Shown: positions 9,680-20,347 of the stretch, piece after piece
Position numbering within the stretch: position 1 is the first letter of the stretch
Layout of the letters: the number at the start of each line of letters is the position of its first letter
Source of the DNA: Christensenellaceae bacterium
GTDB taxonomy: Bacteria > Bacillota > Clostridia > Christensenellales > DTU072
DNA: 64,000 bases
NCBI GenBank assembly: GCA_031259085.1
Contig: JAIRMA010000058.1
Location: forward strand, 1,628-65,627
Reading direction: 5' to 3'
Program-made: the position numbers and the translations under genes
Notes under the pieces: generated by a model
What the model saw: the letters and a program-made list of their open reading frames with translations, nothing else
Database searches by the model: none
What the model was told of the DNA's origin: nothing

Positions 9680-10669
9680 TTATACAAGTGTCTCAATCAT
9701 ACTTAAATCCCCTTCAATTTGAATTGGTAGTTTAGGCCTTATAAAATAAGTATCACCTTTTTTTATTTGAGCCCCGCTCGTAAATTTCCCATCCCCTGAT
9801 AAAATTGTTAAAACTGTAGCCTCGTTTGAATTATATAACTTGTGTTTATTTTTAATAACAATTTCGTTAACATCAAAATACTCAGTTTTTATGAGGACAC
9901 GTTTCTTTGAACCATCAGACAAAATGCATGCAGGGGCCTTTTGTTTTTCAATACTGTAGCGCGCTTTATTCATAACTTTGAACGCTTTCTCAATATGCAA
10001 TTCTCTACCTTCTCCCTGCTCATTTTTTCTGTCATAATCATATAATCTATATGTTATGTTGCTGGTTTCTTGAATTTCTACTATTAAAGCACCAGATAAT
10101 AATGCATGGACTGTTCCCGCTGGTATAGAGAAGAAATCTCCTGCCTTAACAGGTATCTTGTTTAAAAAGTCACAGAAAGTATTATTCGAGATTGCCTGTC
10201 TTAGAATTGATTCATCGTTAGTTTTTTTAAATCCCAGGTATATGTGAGCATCAGGCTTTGCATCGGCTACATACCACACTTCAGTTTTTCCCATACTATA
10301 ATTTTCAATCTCTAAAGCCTGTTTATCATTTGGGTGAACTTGAATGGACAAATCATTATTAGCGTCTATGATTTTAATGAGCGCAGGAAAATTCTTAAAT
10401 TTGCTGGCGCGCGTTCCAAAAATTCCATTATATTCGCGACTTAGATCAATCAAAGTTTTTCCATGATATTTTTCATTTGCAACATAGGTCTCATTTCCAG
10501 GTAAACACGATAATTCCCAGCTTTCTGCAATTTTCTTATTCCCGTTTGGATCCTTGCCCCAGTCCCTGCGTAAAGCAAATCCACCCCATATATAATCTTT
10601 AAAAACTGGCGTCAAAAGTAACGGTTCATTTATATCATCTGTAGTTAAATAATTTAGTCCGCCACTCAT
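9680..10669 (-). CDS. manA: Mannose-6-phosphate isomerase, class I
   Basis: 329 aa with ESWELS, QVHPNDK and AGTVHAL metal-ligand motifs. Confidence 0.85.
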   Translation of the reverse strand: MSGGLNYLTTDDINEPLLLTPVFKDYIWGGFALRRDWGKDPNGNKKIAESWELSCLPGNETYVANEKYHGKTLIDLSREYNGIFGTRASKFKNFPALIKIIDANNDLSIQVHPNDKQALEIENYSMGKTEVWYVADAKPDAHIYLGFKKTNDESILRQAISNNTFCDFLNKIPVKAGDFFSIPAGTVHALLSGALIVEIQETSNITYRLYDYDRKNEQGEGRELHIEKAFKVMNKARYSIEKQKAPACILSDGSKKRVLIKTEYFDVNEIVIKNKHKLYNSNEATVLTILSGDGKFTSGAQIKKGDTYFIRPKLPIQIEGDLSMIETLV

Positions 10670-11115
10670 TTAAAATTTTTGTCCTCAATCAGTTCTATCT
10701 TCTTAACCCGTATATCATGCCGACCGCCTGCAAATGAGGCTTTCAAATATTTGGTTGTAAAATCATATGCGTCAGAGGAATCAGAGATCCTCCCACCCAT
10801 TGCCATTATGTTAGCATTATTATGTTCAACACACATTTGGGCTGAAAAAGCATCTGTTACATGTGCACATCTTATGCCCTTAAATTTATTCGCTGCAATC
10901 GATATCCCTATCCCCGTTCCACACAATAAAATACCTTTATCTGCTTGACCGTTAATAACTGCGAGAGCGACTTTTTCAGCATAATCTGGATAATCAACAG
11001 AATCTAATGTGTCTGTTCCAAAATCAATATACTCATGCGAGTTATCTATGATCGCACGAATTACTTGTCCTTTTAAATTCAATCCCCCGTGGTCACAACC
11101 TACAGCTATCTTCAT
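10666..11115 (-). CDS. rpiB: Ribose-5-phosphate isomerase B
   Basis: MKIAVGCDHGG and LCGTGIGISIAANK. I place the start at the ATG at 11115 (AAGGA RBS upstream) rather than the track start at 11145. 4-nt overlap with manA. Confidence 0.9.
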   Translation of the reverse strand: MKIAVGCDHGGLNLKGQVIRAIIDNSHEYIDFGTDTLDSVDYPDYAEKVALAVINGQADKGILLCGTGIGISIAANKFKGIRCAHVTDAFSAQMCVEHNNANIMAMGGRISDSSDAYDFTTKYLKASFAGGRHDIRVKKIELIEDKNFK

Positions 11116-11422
11116 TATTTTTACCATCCTTACACATAGATTCATTTTATTAATTCGCTAAATTTTAACATGTTTATAAAAGAATGTCTTTTACCATATC
11201 TGCATGTTAGTACGAACTAATATTTGATGGGTAATTTCTTAGGCAATTATTAGAATTTATTAATAATTATACATTAAAATGCAATTTTTTACAATAGTAA
11301 ATATGACAAATATAATAAATTTACGGTATTTCTGAATATGATAGTAATTCTTTTGTTTTATATAATACAATGTAAATCAAAATTAAACTGTTAAGTCGTG
11401 TTTTTGACAAGGAAAATATTAA

Positions 11423-12418
11423 TCATAATACAATATTCCCACCACATGCTTTAAGTATTCTATTATTTAATCCGGAATATATACCAGAATCATCATTGTT
11501 AAAATACTCTATTATTATGTACCCGTATTTCTTCTCTGCTGTTTTCATGTACGCATATAATCTAGCTGAATGCTCTTTTATGGTATTACCAAGATTTAAC
11601 ATGTTAAGAGTCTTAACACACTGTGTAATAAAATCAGACGCACCTATAATCACTGGATTACTAGACAAATTTGACTCGTATATTGCTTGTGCTGTAATAG
11701 GCGATGTAGTGCAAACACATGGTACGGACGGTGCATAATGCCTATATTTCATGCCTGGTGCTAATGGTCTATCATTAGAAACATCATATCCATTCTTTAC
11801 ATCAGATAAAACAGTCAATAACTCAGCTCTCGAAATACTTCCAGGTCGCAATATAACTGGTATATCCTTCGTCATATCAAGTATTGTGCTCTCTATCCCA
11901 GTAGAACTAGGCCCTCCGTCCAAAATTAGTTTAATCTTACCACTTAGATATTCGAACACATGCATTGCGGTAGTAGGGCTTACTGCTCCGCTAATGTTAG
12001 CAGATGGTGCTGCTATTGGAGTCTCACTTTGTCTTATAAATGCTAATGCTAAAGGGTGATTAGGAATCCTCACTCCCACTGTGTTGAGCCCTGCGGTCAC
12101 AATTGATGGGACTTCATCTTTTTTTTGTAAAACTATTGTTAAAGGTCCTGGTGTGAATTTCTCAAAAAGATTAATAACGGTCTTTGATGGGTTTTTAGCT
12201 ACTCTGTATATATCATCTATGTTATCAAGGTGGACTATGAATGGGTTGTCTGAAGGACGACCTTTTACTTTAAATACCTTTAGACAAGCTATTGGATTAA
12301 AGGCATCGGCTCCTAAACCGTATACCGTTTCAGTTGGAAATGCAACTATCTCGCCAGCTTTAATTAGTAATGATGCTGTCTCTAGTTTTTCAAAACTGCC
12401 TATTATAGTATTCATCAT
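11423..12418 (-). CDS. tsaC: L-threonylcarbamoyladenylate synthase (Sua5/YwlC type, with C-terminal Sua5 domain)
   Basis: 331 aa with VAFPTETVYGLGADA and APSANISG. Its start overlaps the upstream lipoprotein gene's stop by 4 nt. Confidence 0.9.
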   Translation of the reverse strand: MMNTIIGSFEKLETASLLIKAGEIVAFPTETVYGLGADAFNPIACLKVFKVKGRPSDNPFIVHLDNIDDIYRVAKNPSKTVINLFEKFTPGPLTIVLQKKDEVPSIVTAGLNTVGVRIPNHPLALAFIRQSETPIAAPSANISGAVSPTTAMHVFEYLSGKIKLILDGGPSSTGIESTILDMTKDIPVILRPGSISRAELLTVLSDVKNGYDVSNDRPLAPGMKYRHYAPSVPCVCTTSPITAQAIYESNLSSNPVIIGASDFITQCVKTLNMLNLGNTIKEHSARLYAYMKTAEKKYGYIIIEYFNNDDSGIYSGLNNRILKACGGNIVL

Positions 12419-14262
12419 TTTAATTGATAAATGACTCCCAATCCCTCTTGAATAGTTACCACAACACTACTTATATAATATCCATCATCTGTTAAAAAAG
12501 TGTCAATTGTTGATACCGATGTGCATCTATTTTCTATTAGAACTTTTCCACTATTGGCTTTGAGTCCATATCTGGTGTCATCTCCTTCCCCTACATATGT
12601 GACATACACACCATTTCTTAAGATATATACGTCCTCTAATAATTCTTCAGCGCCATTTTTGTTGATTTTATAAAATGAACGTGCTGTGTCCGATGTGCCT
12701 CCAGTAATTCTTGACCCTGTAGCGTATCCGCCAAAAAATGGTGTCAGCTCAAAATATATATATGGCACTGCTAAATATCCAGATTTAGTGTATGCCCCGG
12801 CATATGTATCGGACGTCAACCCGCTCTGGATTAGATTAAACGATATTATCATGTCATCATGTGCTATTGCAGTATTAAACCCTACATAGTCCGTGATCTC
12901 TTCTAATATGACGCGTATCCCGTAATATGTATGATAATCTGCGCTCATTGCAACCAATGGAAAATTCGGATCTCCGTTATATAATCCAATCCCATCAACA
13001 AACAATAATGGCATTATCGTATCAAGATCAGTTCCTCTTGCATCAGTATTATATATGGCATATGTAACTGGCCATGATGAAAGTCCGTCAATTTGTTGGT
13101 AATAGTAATAGTAGACTATAGAGTATCCATCCTTAATCGCGCTACTCATAGGCACTACTGGAGTATAATACTTGCCCTTTGCATCAAATTCGTCTACATC
13201 ATATGAAGAATTTAGCAAATCAGCCATAGATCGTACAATATCGTCTGAGTATTTGTTTGCGACTAAAGCAATTCTGTCTTTGATTTCAAAACTCTTGTAT
13301 CTTTGTGTCGTATATGATGCGCTTTTTATTGTAATATACTTAGCACTTCCATTACTATCATATTCTATCATGTCATAAATGCCTGTATCTGTGGTTGATG
13401 TGTGTACTCCAGATATCAAAAACCAATTGTTCCCAATATAGCTAGTATCCGTCACAATCAGAGACTCTGTATAACCGCTGTCAAGATCAAAAGGTGAATA
13501 GTATCCTTTCAATACTAGAACACCATCGCTACCAATTTCAGTTATTCTATAAAACCTAACGATGTTCATATAGGTGCTGATAACATTACCGTCAAAATAT
13601 TTGAACGTAGTTAGATTTGCAACATCGATTATAGTTGCAATTTGCATCATAGCCTTCCCGTTTGTTGATGAATAATCATAAATGGTGGCATAAGTATATG
13701 CTATTGATGTGTCCTCCCCGCTTTCCATTCTCATATTGCCTAAAACGACTAACAAATTTTCATTGAGGAACATATATTGTGTTATTGCAGGCATGTATGT
13801 ATATGAAAATCCGTATTCCTTACCAGCATTTTCGCCACGAATTTTAACGACACCAATATATACAATTGTCTGTGAAATATCTCCAACCGCTACGCGTCTT
13901 GCAACTATTGCATAATCACCGTTTATATCTAAAACAGCCTCGTATCTTGGTGCTATCAAGATCCCCTCCTCAATAGTCGCAAATCCGTAAAGAGTGGTTT
14001 GCACATCCCCAAACTTTAAACCCTGCTCCTTCATGATATATATACCAGACTCATAATCATATGATGAAAAAACTATCGCGCGCCCCTCAAACTCCTCATA
14101 ATCATTAAGATTTAAAAGTACATCTGCTTGAGTGTATCCGTCTCTAGATATAAAATTTTTAAAATATGTATCGAATGTCTCAGTCCCATTTGAAAGCGTA
14201 CATCCGGCTAAAACAGAAATACTAGATAGAATGCAGAAGACAAATAAAAGAATCTTTTTCAT
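12415..14262 (-). CDS. Tyr/Gly-rich lipoprotein, possibly WG-repeat-like
   Basis: Start placed at MKKILLFVFCILSSISVLAGC (lipobox LAGC). Segments such as LYGFATIEEGILIAPRYEAV and RYGLKANSGKVLIE weakly resemble WG/KWG repeats. Confidence 0.6.
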   Translation of the reverse strand: MKKILLFVFCILSSISVLAGCTLSNGTETFDTYFKNFISRDGYTQADVLLNLNDYEEFEGRAIVFSSYDYESGIYIMKEQGLKFGDVQTTLYGFATIEEGILIAPRYEAVLDINGDYAIVARRVAVGDISQTIVYIGVVKIRGENAGKEYGFSYTYMPAITQYMFLNENLLVVLGNMRMESGEDTSIAYTYATIYDYSSTNGKAMMQIATIIDVANLTTFKYFDGNVISTYMNIVRFYRITEIGSDGVLVLKGYYSPFDLDSGYTESLIVTDTSYIGNNWFLISGVHTSTTDTGIYDMIEYDSNGSAKYITIKSASYTTQRYKSFEIKDRIALVANKYSDDIVRSMADLLNSSYDVDEFDAKGKYYTPVVPMSSAIKDGYSIVYYYYYQQIDGLSSWPVTYAIYNTDARGTDLDTIMPLLFVDGIGLYNGDPNFPLVAMSADYHTYYGIRVILEEITDYVGFNTAIAHDDMIISFNLIQSGLTSDTYAGAYTKSGYLAVPYIYFELTPFFGGYATGSRITGGTSDTARSFYKINKNGAEELLEDVYILRNGVYVTYVGEGDDTRYGLKANSGKVLIENRCTSVSTIDTFLTDDGYYISSVVVTIQEGLGVIYQLK

Positions 14263-14415
14263 TTTTAAATTTTTCCATGCTCTGTAAAAATATGTAGTTT
14301 GAGAAGCGTAATTTTTTTGGAGGGGTTGTAGCCTCAATAATACATATTTGCCTTTTAGGAATCCGTGGCTCCACTTTTTTGTGGAGCCACGTGTTTCTAT
14401 GGGAATACTTTTAAT

Positions 14416-17400
14416 TTATTTTTTGGTTTTCTTGTATGATTTTGTGGATTTCTTTATTTTGTTTTTCTTTTGTATTGAATTATCCTTGTCAGTAGATTTA
14501 ATCGACTCAACTGGTTTTGAAGGTTTCTTTACTACGTATGCATTTTTAACGATGTCAAAATCATCAGAGAATTCAGAATCATCAATCTCATCCTTCCCTG
14601 GTGCAATTGTGCCTTGATCTTCTGGAGCCTGGTTTACTTGTATTGAGCTGATAACTTTAACTGGCCTTGCTCTATCGATTTTCTTTTTAATACGTCTAAA
14701 TACTAATACAACTATGACCGCTATTAAAATACCGCCAATAACTATTGATGAAACTAACAACCACAGTGAAGAATCTATCCTTTTATCAGCATCTTCTGTT
14801 TCTTCTGAGCCATTATCATCGCTAGAATCATCAGCTTTAGAAGCTGCAAATTCATAAGTTTCGATGTGTTTTGCCTCTTTCTCTTCATCTGTTAATTCTA
14901 TCGCATTATCATATTCAAGGCTGTCTGCTAGTTTTTCTACAGTTATGTCATCTATGATAATCAATCCACGGAAGAAATTGTCGGGCTGTGACGATGTTGT
15001 CGTGCTAGCATTTGATCCTAAGTGGAATGATATATTGTTGCCTGATACCGAGTTAGACGGATCAGCATTGTAAACATAAAATGTGTATTCTACCATTTCA
15101 TAATGTGGATTGACAATATTCCCATCTGTCTCGTAATTGCTATCATGACCACTAATCCGTATTGTTGACCATTGTGTGGTATCATTACCATATTCAAAGC
15201 GGAATTCTGCATAGGAATCATCGTGTTGAAACCATGTCTTAGCTCTAAATGTTACTTTATAATATGAAGCAGCAGCTAATGTTATGGATGTTTGAGAAAG
15301 GTAATACTGTCCATTTAAAATGAGATTACCCATTAATAAATAATGATTACCATTACCAGTATTGCTCGTTAAGAAATTAACAATGTCCTCTTCTGTAACG
15401 TCTCCTAACCAAATCTCTTTTTTGTCAGTAGAATCTGTATTAGATGCCATTATAGTCTGAACAACATCTGACGTGGTATTTATCTTTCGCTTATCATAAA
15501 CACCATAGATCATTGCTAGATCCAATTCATCTTCTCCAGCACTATCATAATCAGTTGCAGTTGAAGCTATATAATGGGTGTAATCTTTTGGTGTTCCGCC
15601 TTGTGATACATATGTGCTAGATGCTGCTGTGTATAAGTCTAATGAATCTGTCGTGTAGTCAAGGACTCTAAAGACATACTCATTTGAAAAATATGAGTAC
15701 ACATCATCTAAATCAGATAGCTTATAAACAGTATAAGGCTTTAATTGTTCGTCTTCAGCTATTTCTGCCGGGTCTCCGCCGTATACATATTTTTCGTACT
15801 CTTCTTTTGTTAGAGTTTTAAATGCAATGTCATCAAAGAAAACTGTTCCTTTTGACAGCCCATGCACAACCGTCACTCCTGTCTCAGTACCATCTTCTTC
15901 CTTTTTAACAAAACTCTCAGCATATTTATTGCCTAAGAATAATTCAAGCTGAAATGAAGCGGATGAGACTAGTGTTTGCATATAGAAACGATATTGAACC
16001 CATTCCCCTTTAGTGTCTATGTTTATGAAACCAACATAATCACCGTCAGTTGTCGATTCTTGTGACCCAGTGTCAGTAAATATCTTTGAAGTATTATTAA
16101 TTGTTATGCTAGCCTGGGTTCCTTCAATGGTTTTAACCCAAATCGCTAACATATAATAACTGTCAGATGATAAAGATGTAGATGATGCTGTGTAACCGCC
16201 TCTTGTATAATAATCTGAATGTAGCATTAACAAGGTGTCAGCATATCCACTTAAATATTGTAAGCCCTCACTACTGGCGGTTTCTTTTTTATAAAACAAA
16301 CTACGATCCTGTCCTACTTCTAATCCCAGTATGGAATCATCAGCATAAGTTTTATAGTCTATTACGCCAAACTGAGCTTTGCTAATGTCATCAGAGCTTA
16401 GATCTATATAAGTTCCATTCCCATCATCACTTGTTGCAGTATTTTTGAGAGTGCTTGAGTATGCTGAAATGCCTGTCATTAATCCAGAATCATAAGCTGG
16501 AAGCTCGCTAGGTAGATATGCAGCCCTTACTTTGAAGGTGCCTTCATTAAATATCTCAATTTTGAATTTTGGTGCACTACTACTTGATGGTTGCGCGACT
16601 CTACCTATTAAAACATTGTCTTTCTTTGTTGGTTCAGCATCGGAATCTTCAACATCCTGCCAGCTTGCACCGTCTATATAAATTAGATACACTAAATTAT
16701 CTTTTGGGTCTGTCGAATCGCCAGACTTCCCACCAGCTATATACTTCCAAGTCAAATAGTAATCACCAGTAGCTATACCAAATTCTTCATCATCATCTGT
16801 TGCCTTTACAATAGTCAGATTTGATGGAGCAGTGATTGCATTAGTAGCAGATGATAGCGTCCAGCTGTTTGGAGTAGCTGTACCAACAAGCACACCATTC
16901 TCATCAAATATAATATCATCACCCTCAGAAGTCTCATAGTTTGTCGTAGACAAATCTGCAAAATATCCGTTTGTTATTGAGTCTGTGGTAGAAGGTGTGT
17001 TTGAAATTTGTTTTTTTGTAGTATATGTGTCTGTTGATGCTGAATTGTATTCAGTATAATTAATTTTGCTAATAATAATCGCAGTTATATATGCTACGCC
17101 TTTAACATGTGTTGACGGAGTAAATATATCTCCACTTCCAAGCTCAAATCTCAAATAATACTCTGTATCCTCTATCGTCGAACTTCGAATCAAGAAAGCA
17201 CACTCGGTCCATTCCCCATTAGTATTCAAAGTTGATAATGATACTAGAGAAGTATCAGTGTTGTCAAATAGTGATATGGTCAACCCTAAGTTTGAATCTA
17301 AGTATTCAGTTCTAATCCACATCGATATGCGATAAAAACTATTTCTTAAAACCTTTTTATAACCACGAACAGTTTCCTCATCTTCATTTTGAACCATGGG

Positions 17401-19692
17401 TTTGTATTCTAACGAAGTAGCTGTATAATCTTTATTATAAAGCATTAACACATCAAATATTGTGGGATCAGTCTCTCCCTCTAATGTGACTTGAATTGGT
17501 GACGCGCCATAAGGCTGAGCTAAGTCTGGAGCATCTAATGTGTCAGTTGCTAATGTCCTCCAATCTTCCGCATTAGCTGCCGTAGCGCCATAAATCAATC
17601 CTGCAGTCGCGGATGCTTCACTGCTCCTTGTGTCTACAAATTTAAATTGCCATGGCGTACTATCCTCTTCAACATACTCTTTGTAACTAGATTTATCAGG
17701 GCCAAATAAACCATCATCACCATCATTATTTATTAAATTGAATTCCTCTGATGCAGTTAAGTCTATTGGAGCTATAACATCATAATTTGAAGAATCATTG
17801 TCTTTTGGGTCGTCTCCAATTGTAATTGATATGTCATCAAATATGGCACCACCAACCATAAGCCCATCGCTTTCCCATTCGCCTTCGCCGTACCAGAATT
17901 CAAAGTTAACTTTGCGGTCTGATAACTCATTACCACGAATTCTAAATGTCAATTGTTGCCATCCACCAGGTACATATGGATAATCCTGATTAGTATCATC
18001 ATCGTCATAAATATATGGCACTACAGCAGTTGTTTTAACAAGCGATCCTGTCTCTACTGACGTCCCCGTTAATCTAAATTCTGCAGTATATGCCCCTTCC
18101 CGAATTGCTTCAGCGTATGATGATCGAGCTTTAAGCCAGTCTGCTACTTTAGTATTGTAATCAGTTATTTTTTGCTGGTTAGAAGTGCTTTGCCAAAATT
18201 CAAGAGCATTTGCATACGCTTCATCACCAACTTCTCCCTCATCATAGCTTGATCGATTAGGTTCATCGTATGTGACCCCTGATTCCTTTTGTGGCTCTGC
18301 TGTATCAAATTTTGGAACCCATACATATGCCCATACTGATATGTCGTAATATTTATGCTTTTCAATAAGAAACTGTTGAGAGCTTTTCATCCCTGCACCA
18401 CTTATTGCGAAATCAGGATGATATATCATTAACGCAGTCGTGTCTTTTAAGGTGCTGAGCTCCCTTTTTAGTGTTATATCTGTTGAATCAGAATATAACC
18501 CAAACGTTCCGTTTGCATCAAAAAAATCGCGCCAATCTGGGGCTCTAAATGTGGATGTTAAGCTTTTCAGGGCATCTATAAATTCATACGTCGGAGCTTC
18601 ATCCGACCCTGTGTTTTCTCTCTTGTATAGTTTGGCCATGTCGACTATCCCACTAGTCGATGTCGTAGAATCGTACGTGGGAAATTTATCGGCGGTTGTT
18701 ATGTCAGAGCCACCTTTAATAACTGAATAATTATTATGCATTCCAGGCTTAACACCGTAATAGTACTTTGAGCTGGATGAATACGAGGTATAAGTATATG
18801 CTTTATAATAGGTAAATGACTCATCAGGATAATATAATGATGTTACGGCTTCTCTTCCATAAATACCTTCCCCACCTAAACGCTCACTCGCGGCCGCATA
18901 TTCACTAGCCCCTTCAGAATCTGTCATATCTGTTAATGTCACATTATCAAAAAAGATATAGCCTTTTGTCAAACGTGGGTTTAGATCAGCATCTGTCTGC
19001 GTCCCAATGTGTTTTGGACCGTGACCTAACCATAACTCAATAAAAAATGTACGGTTTTCAAAATTATTAGCTTCTATATAGATTGTATAGGTCTGCCATC
19101 CGTCAGATTCAACAATCGCTTGAAATACAACGTATATTCCACTATTAACAACAATATATGCGCCTTGCAAGTCATTGTCGTTCTCTAACAACTGAGTAAA
19201 TACGTCTATTTCTAATTTATAATATTTGCCTTGCTCGATGGTTACAGCAGATGAATTCTTATAGTATAATGACCCTGCTGTTTCAATTCCTATTAGCATA
19301 GCATTTGTGTCAGTGTATGCACCATCCTCGTCTTTAGGAGTATTTGGTGCTATGCCTGGACCATTTATTTCTATCTCAGTGATCGTGTCTCTCTTTTCGT
19401 TGAAAGTCTCTGGTGTAACGTCTATAACTCCAATTTTGGCATCACTATAGTAACTTGCGCCATTATTTTTAGTCCATCCTGTCACTGTATCTTTTAAGTA
19501 TGCAGCAGTTCCTGTCGTGCTTGTGGCATTTGCAAAAGTACCATTCGTTATCAATAGGGTGTCTGTTGTTTCACTGGTTTCATCAGCTGGCGTTTCTGTG
19601 TTATCAGGAGGGTCACAAGCAACGACGATCATTATAGATAAAATCATCAGTAGCGCTATCAATAATGAAAGTATACTACGCTTTCTATTCAT
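14416..19692 (-). CDS. Giant surface lipoprotein with about five CBM-like (galactose-binding-like) modules, a C-terminal TM anchor and a Lys-rich tail
   Basis: Start placed at MNRKRSILSLLIALLMILSIMIVVAC (GGTGGA RBS, lipobox VVAC). Modules recur with a G-W-x-x-Y/F strand and an F-D-D/N-I/V ending (YIFFDNVTLTD, AIFDDISITIG, TVFFDDIAFKT, LIIIDDITVEK). C-terminal TM is LWLLVSSIVIGGILIAVIVVLVF, followed by RRIKKK. Confidence 0.8.
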   Translation of the reverse strand: MNRKRSILSLLIALLMILSIMIVVACDPPDNTETPADETSETTDTLLITNGTFANATSTTGTAAYLKDTVTGWTKNNGASYYSDAKIGVIDVTPETFNEKRDTITEIEINGPGIAPNTPKDEDGAYTDTNAMLIGIETAGSLYYKNSSAVTIEQGKYYKLEIDVFTQLLENDNDLQGAYIVVNSGIYVVFQAIVESDGWQTYTIYIEANNFENRTFFIELWLGHGPKHIGTQTDADLNPRLTKGYIFFDNVTLTDMTDSEGASEYAAASERLGGEGIYGREAVTSLYYPDESFTYYKAYTYTSYSSSSKYYYGVKPGMHNNYSVIKGGSDITTADKFPTYDSTTSTSGIVDMAKLYKRENTGSDEAPTYEFIDALKSLTSTFRAPDWRDFFDANGTFGLYSDSTDITLKRELSTLKDTTALMIYHPDFAISGAGMKSSQQFLIEKHKYYDISVWAYVWVPKFDTAEPQKESGVTYDEPNRSSYDEGEVGDEAYANALEFWQSTSNQQKITDYNTKVADWLKARSSYAEAIREGAYTAEFRLTGTSVETGSLVKTTAVVPYIYDDDDTNQDYPYVPGGWQQLTFRIRGNELSDRKVNFEFWYGEGEWESDGLMVGGAIFDDISITIGDDPKDNDSSNYDVIAPIDLTASEEFNLINNDGDDGLFGPDKSSYKEYVEEDSTPWQFKFVDTRSSEASATAGLIYGATAANAEDWRTLATDTLDAPDLAQPYGASPIQVTLEGETDPTIFDVLMLYNKDYTATSLEYKPMVQNEDEETVRGYKKVLRNSFYRISMWIRTEYLDSNLGLTISLFDNTDTSLVSLSTLNTNGEWTECAFLIRSSTIEDTEYYLRFELGSGDIFTPSTHVKGVAYITAIIISKINYTEYNSASTDTYTTKKQISNTPSTTDSITNGYFADLSTTNYETSEGDDIIFDENGVLVGTATPNSWTLSSATNAITAPSNLTIVKATDDDEEFGIATGDYYLTWKYIAGGKSGDSTDPKDNLVYLIYIDGASWQDVEDSDAEPTKKDNVLIGRVAQPSSSSAPKFKIEIFNEGTFKVRAAYLPSELPAYDSGLMTGISAYSSTLKNTATSDDGNGTYIDLSSDDISKAQFGVIDYKTYADDSILGLEVGQDRSLFYKKETASSEGLQYLSGYADTLLMLHSDYYTRGGYTASSTSLSSDSYYMLAIWVKTIEGTQASITINNTSKIFTDTGSQESTTDGDYVGFINIDTKGEWVQYRFYMQTLVSSASFQLELFLGNKYAESFVKKEEDGTETGVTVVHGLSKGTVFFDDIAFKTLTKEEYEKYVYGGDPAEIAEDEQLKPYTVYKLSDLDDVYSYFSNEYVFRVLDYTTDSLDLYTAASSTYVSQGGTPKDYTHYIASTATDYDSAGEDELDLAMIYGVYDKRKINTTSDVVQTIMASNTDSTDKKEIWLGDVTEEDIVNFLTSNTGNGNHYLLMGNLILNGQYYLSQTSITLAAASYYKVTFRAKTWFQHDDSYAEFRFEYGNDTTQWSTIRISGHDSNYETDGNIVNPHYEMVEYTFYVYNADPSNSVSGNNISFHLGSNASTTTSSQPDNFFRGLIIIDDITVEKLADSLEYDNAIELTDEEKEAKHIETYEFAASKADDSSDDNGSEETEDADKRIDSSLWLLVSSIVIGGILIAVIVVLVFRRIKKKIDRARPVKVISSIQVNQAPEDQGTIAPGKDEIDDSEFSDDFDIVKNAYVVKKPSKPVESIKSTDKDNSIQKKNKIKKSTKSYKKTKK

Positions 19693-19891
19693 TTTTCCAC
19701 CATTTGGTCTTGTCATAAAACTCAATTATATGACTCCTTAATATATCATAAAAAACGGACATTAGAGATGCCCATTTTTTTAGCAATATATATATTAACA
19801 TAATTATAAATAAAAAACAACAAAATAAAAGCAATTCCATAAAATTCAACTCAGTCATCTTCCTTTTCACATTAGTGTTTTCACTCTTCAT
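19685..19891 (-). CDS. Possible small membrane protein upstream of the giant lipoprotein gene
   Basis: 68-aa ORF with one TM (LLLFCCFLFIIMLIYILL). Its stop overlaps the giant gene's start by 8 nt. RBS is weak, so it could be spurious in AT-rich DNA. Confidence 0.25.
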   Translation of the reverse strand: MKSENTNVKRKMTELNFMELLLFCCFLFIIMLIYILLKKWASLMSVFYDILRSHIIEFYDKTKWWKNE

Positions 19892-20252
19892 TAAGTTAAC
19901 TTTTAAAACATATAAGAAAAACCAAAATTTTCATCTTTTCTAAATTAAATTTTCAAATTGTGTAATATGAGCGTAGTTGCGCTCATTAGATCCACCACAT
20001 AACGATCTGCTTTACTGTGTTTTAAATTTATTATTATTCGATACTATTAATAATCCCCAAATTCTTTTACAAAAATGCCCTTTGATAAGCAAAGAAATCC
20101 CGACGGCTTGATGTTTTATCATTTCTATTGTTATCCCTCACTATTATGATAACTAGCCTTAAAAATCAACCGACAAATGATTTGATCCTAGAATTTATAA
20201 GGAATTTTAAGCGAAGCTCAATCTTTAAATTCTCATATATCCTTTGTTTTTA

Positions 20253-20281
20253 TTGACTAAATAGGCTTTTTAATCGTATAA
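20253..20281 (+). promoter_or_regulatory. Sigma-A-type promoter for asd-dapA-dapB
   Basis: TTGACT (20253-20258), 17-nt spacer, TATAAT (20276-20281). About 67 nt upstream of the asd ATG. Confidence 0.5.
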
Positions 20282-20347
20282 TGTATTGTGTGATCTTTAT
20301 CCAAATAGATCTGTAAATTAAGTTCCTAAATTGAGGTTTTAATATAA

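Noticed and set aside
14348-19741. Multiple 60-100-aa track ORFs inside or antisense to giant gene 1. The same applies to ORFs inside giant gene 2, the P-type ATPase gene, recG, yloV and others.
   Set aside because: All are embedded in much longer ORFs with recognisable domain organisation. They have low-complexity or hydrophobic shadow-frame composition and no RBS.
19950-20347. Expected a lysine (L-box) riboswitch upstream of asd-dapA-dapB.
   Set aside because: I found none of the conserved L-box elements, and there is no long structured leader. The promoter sits only about 67 nt from the asd start.
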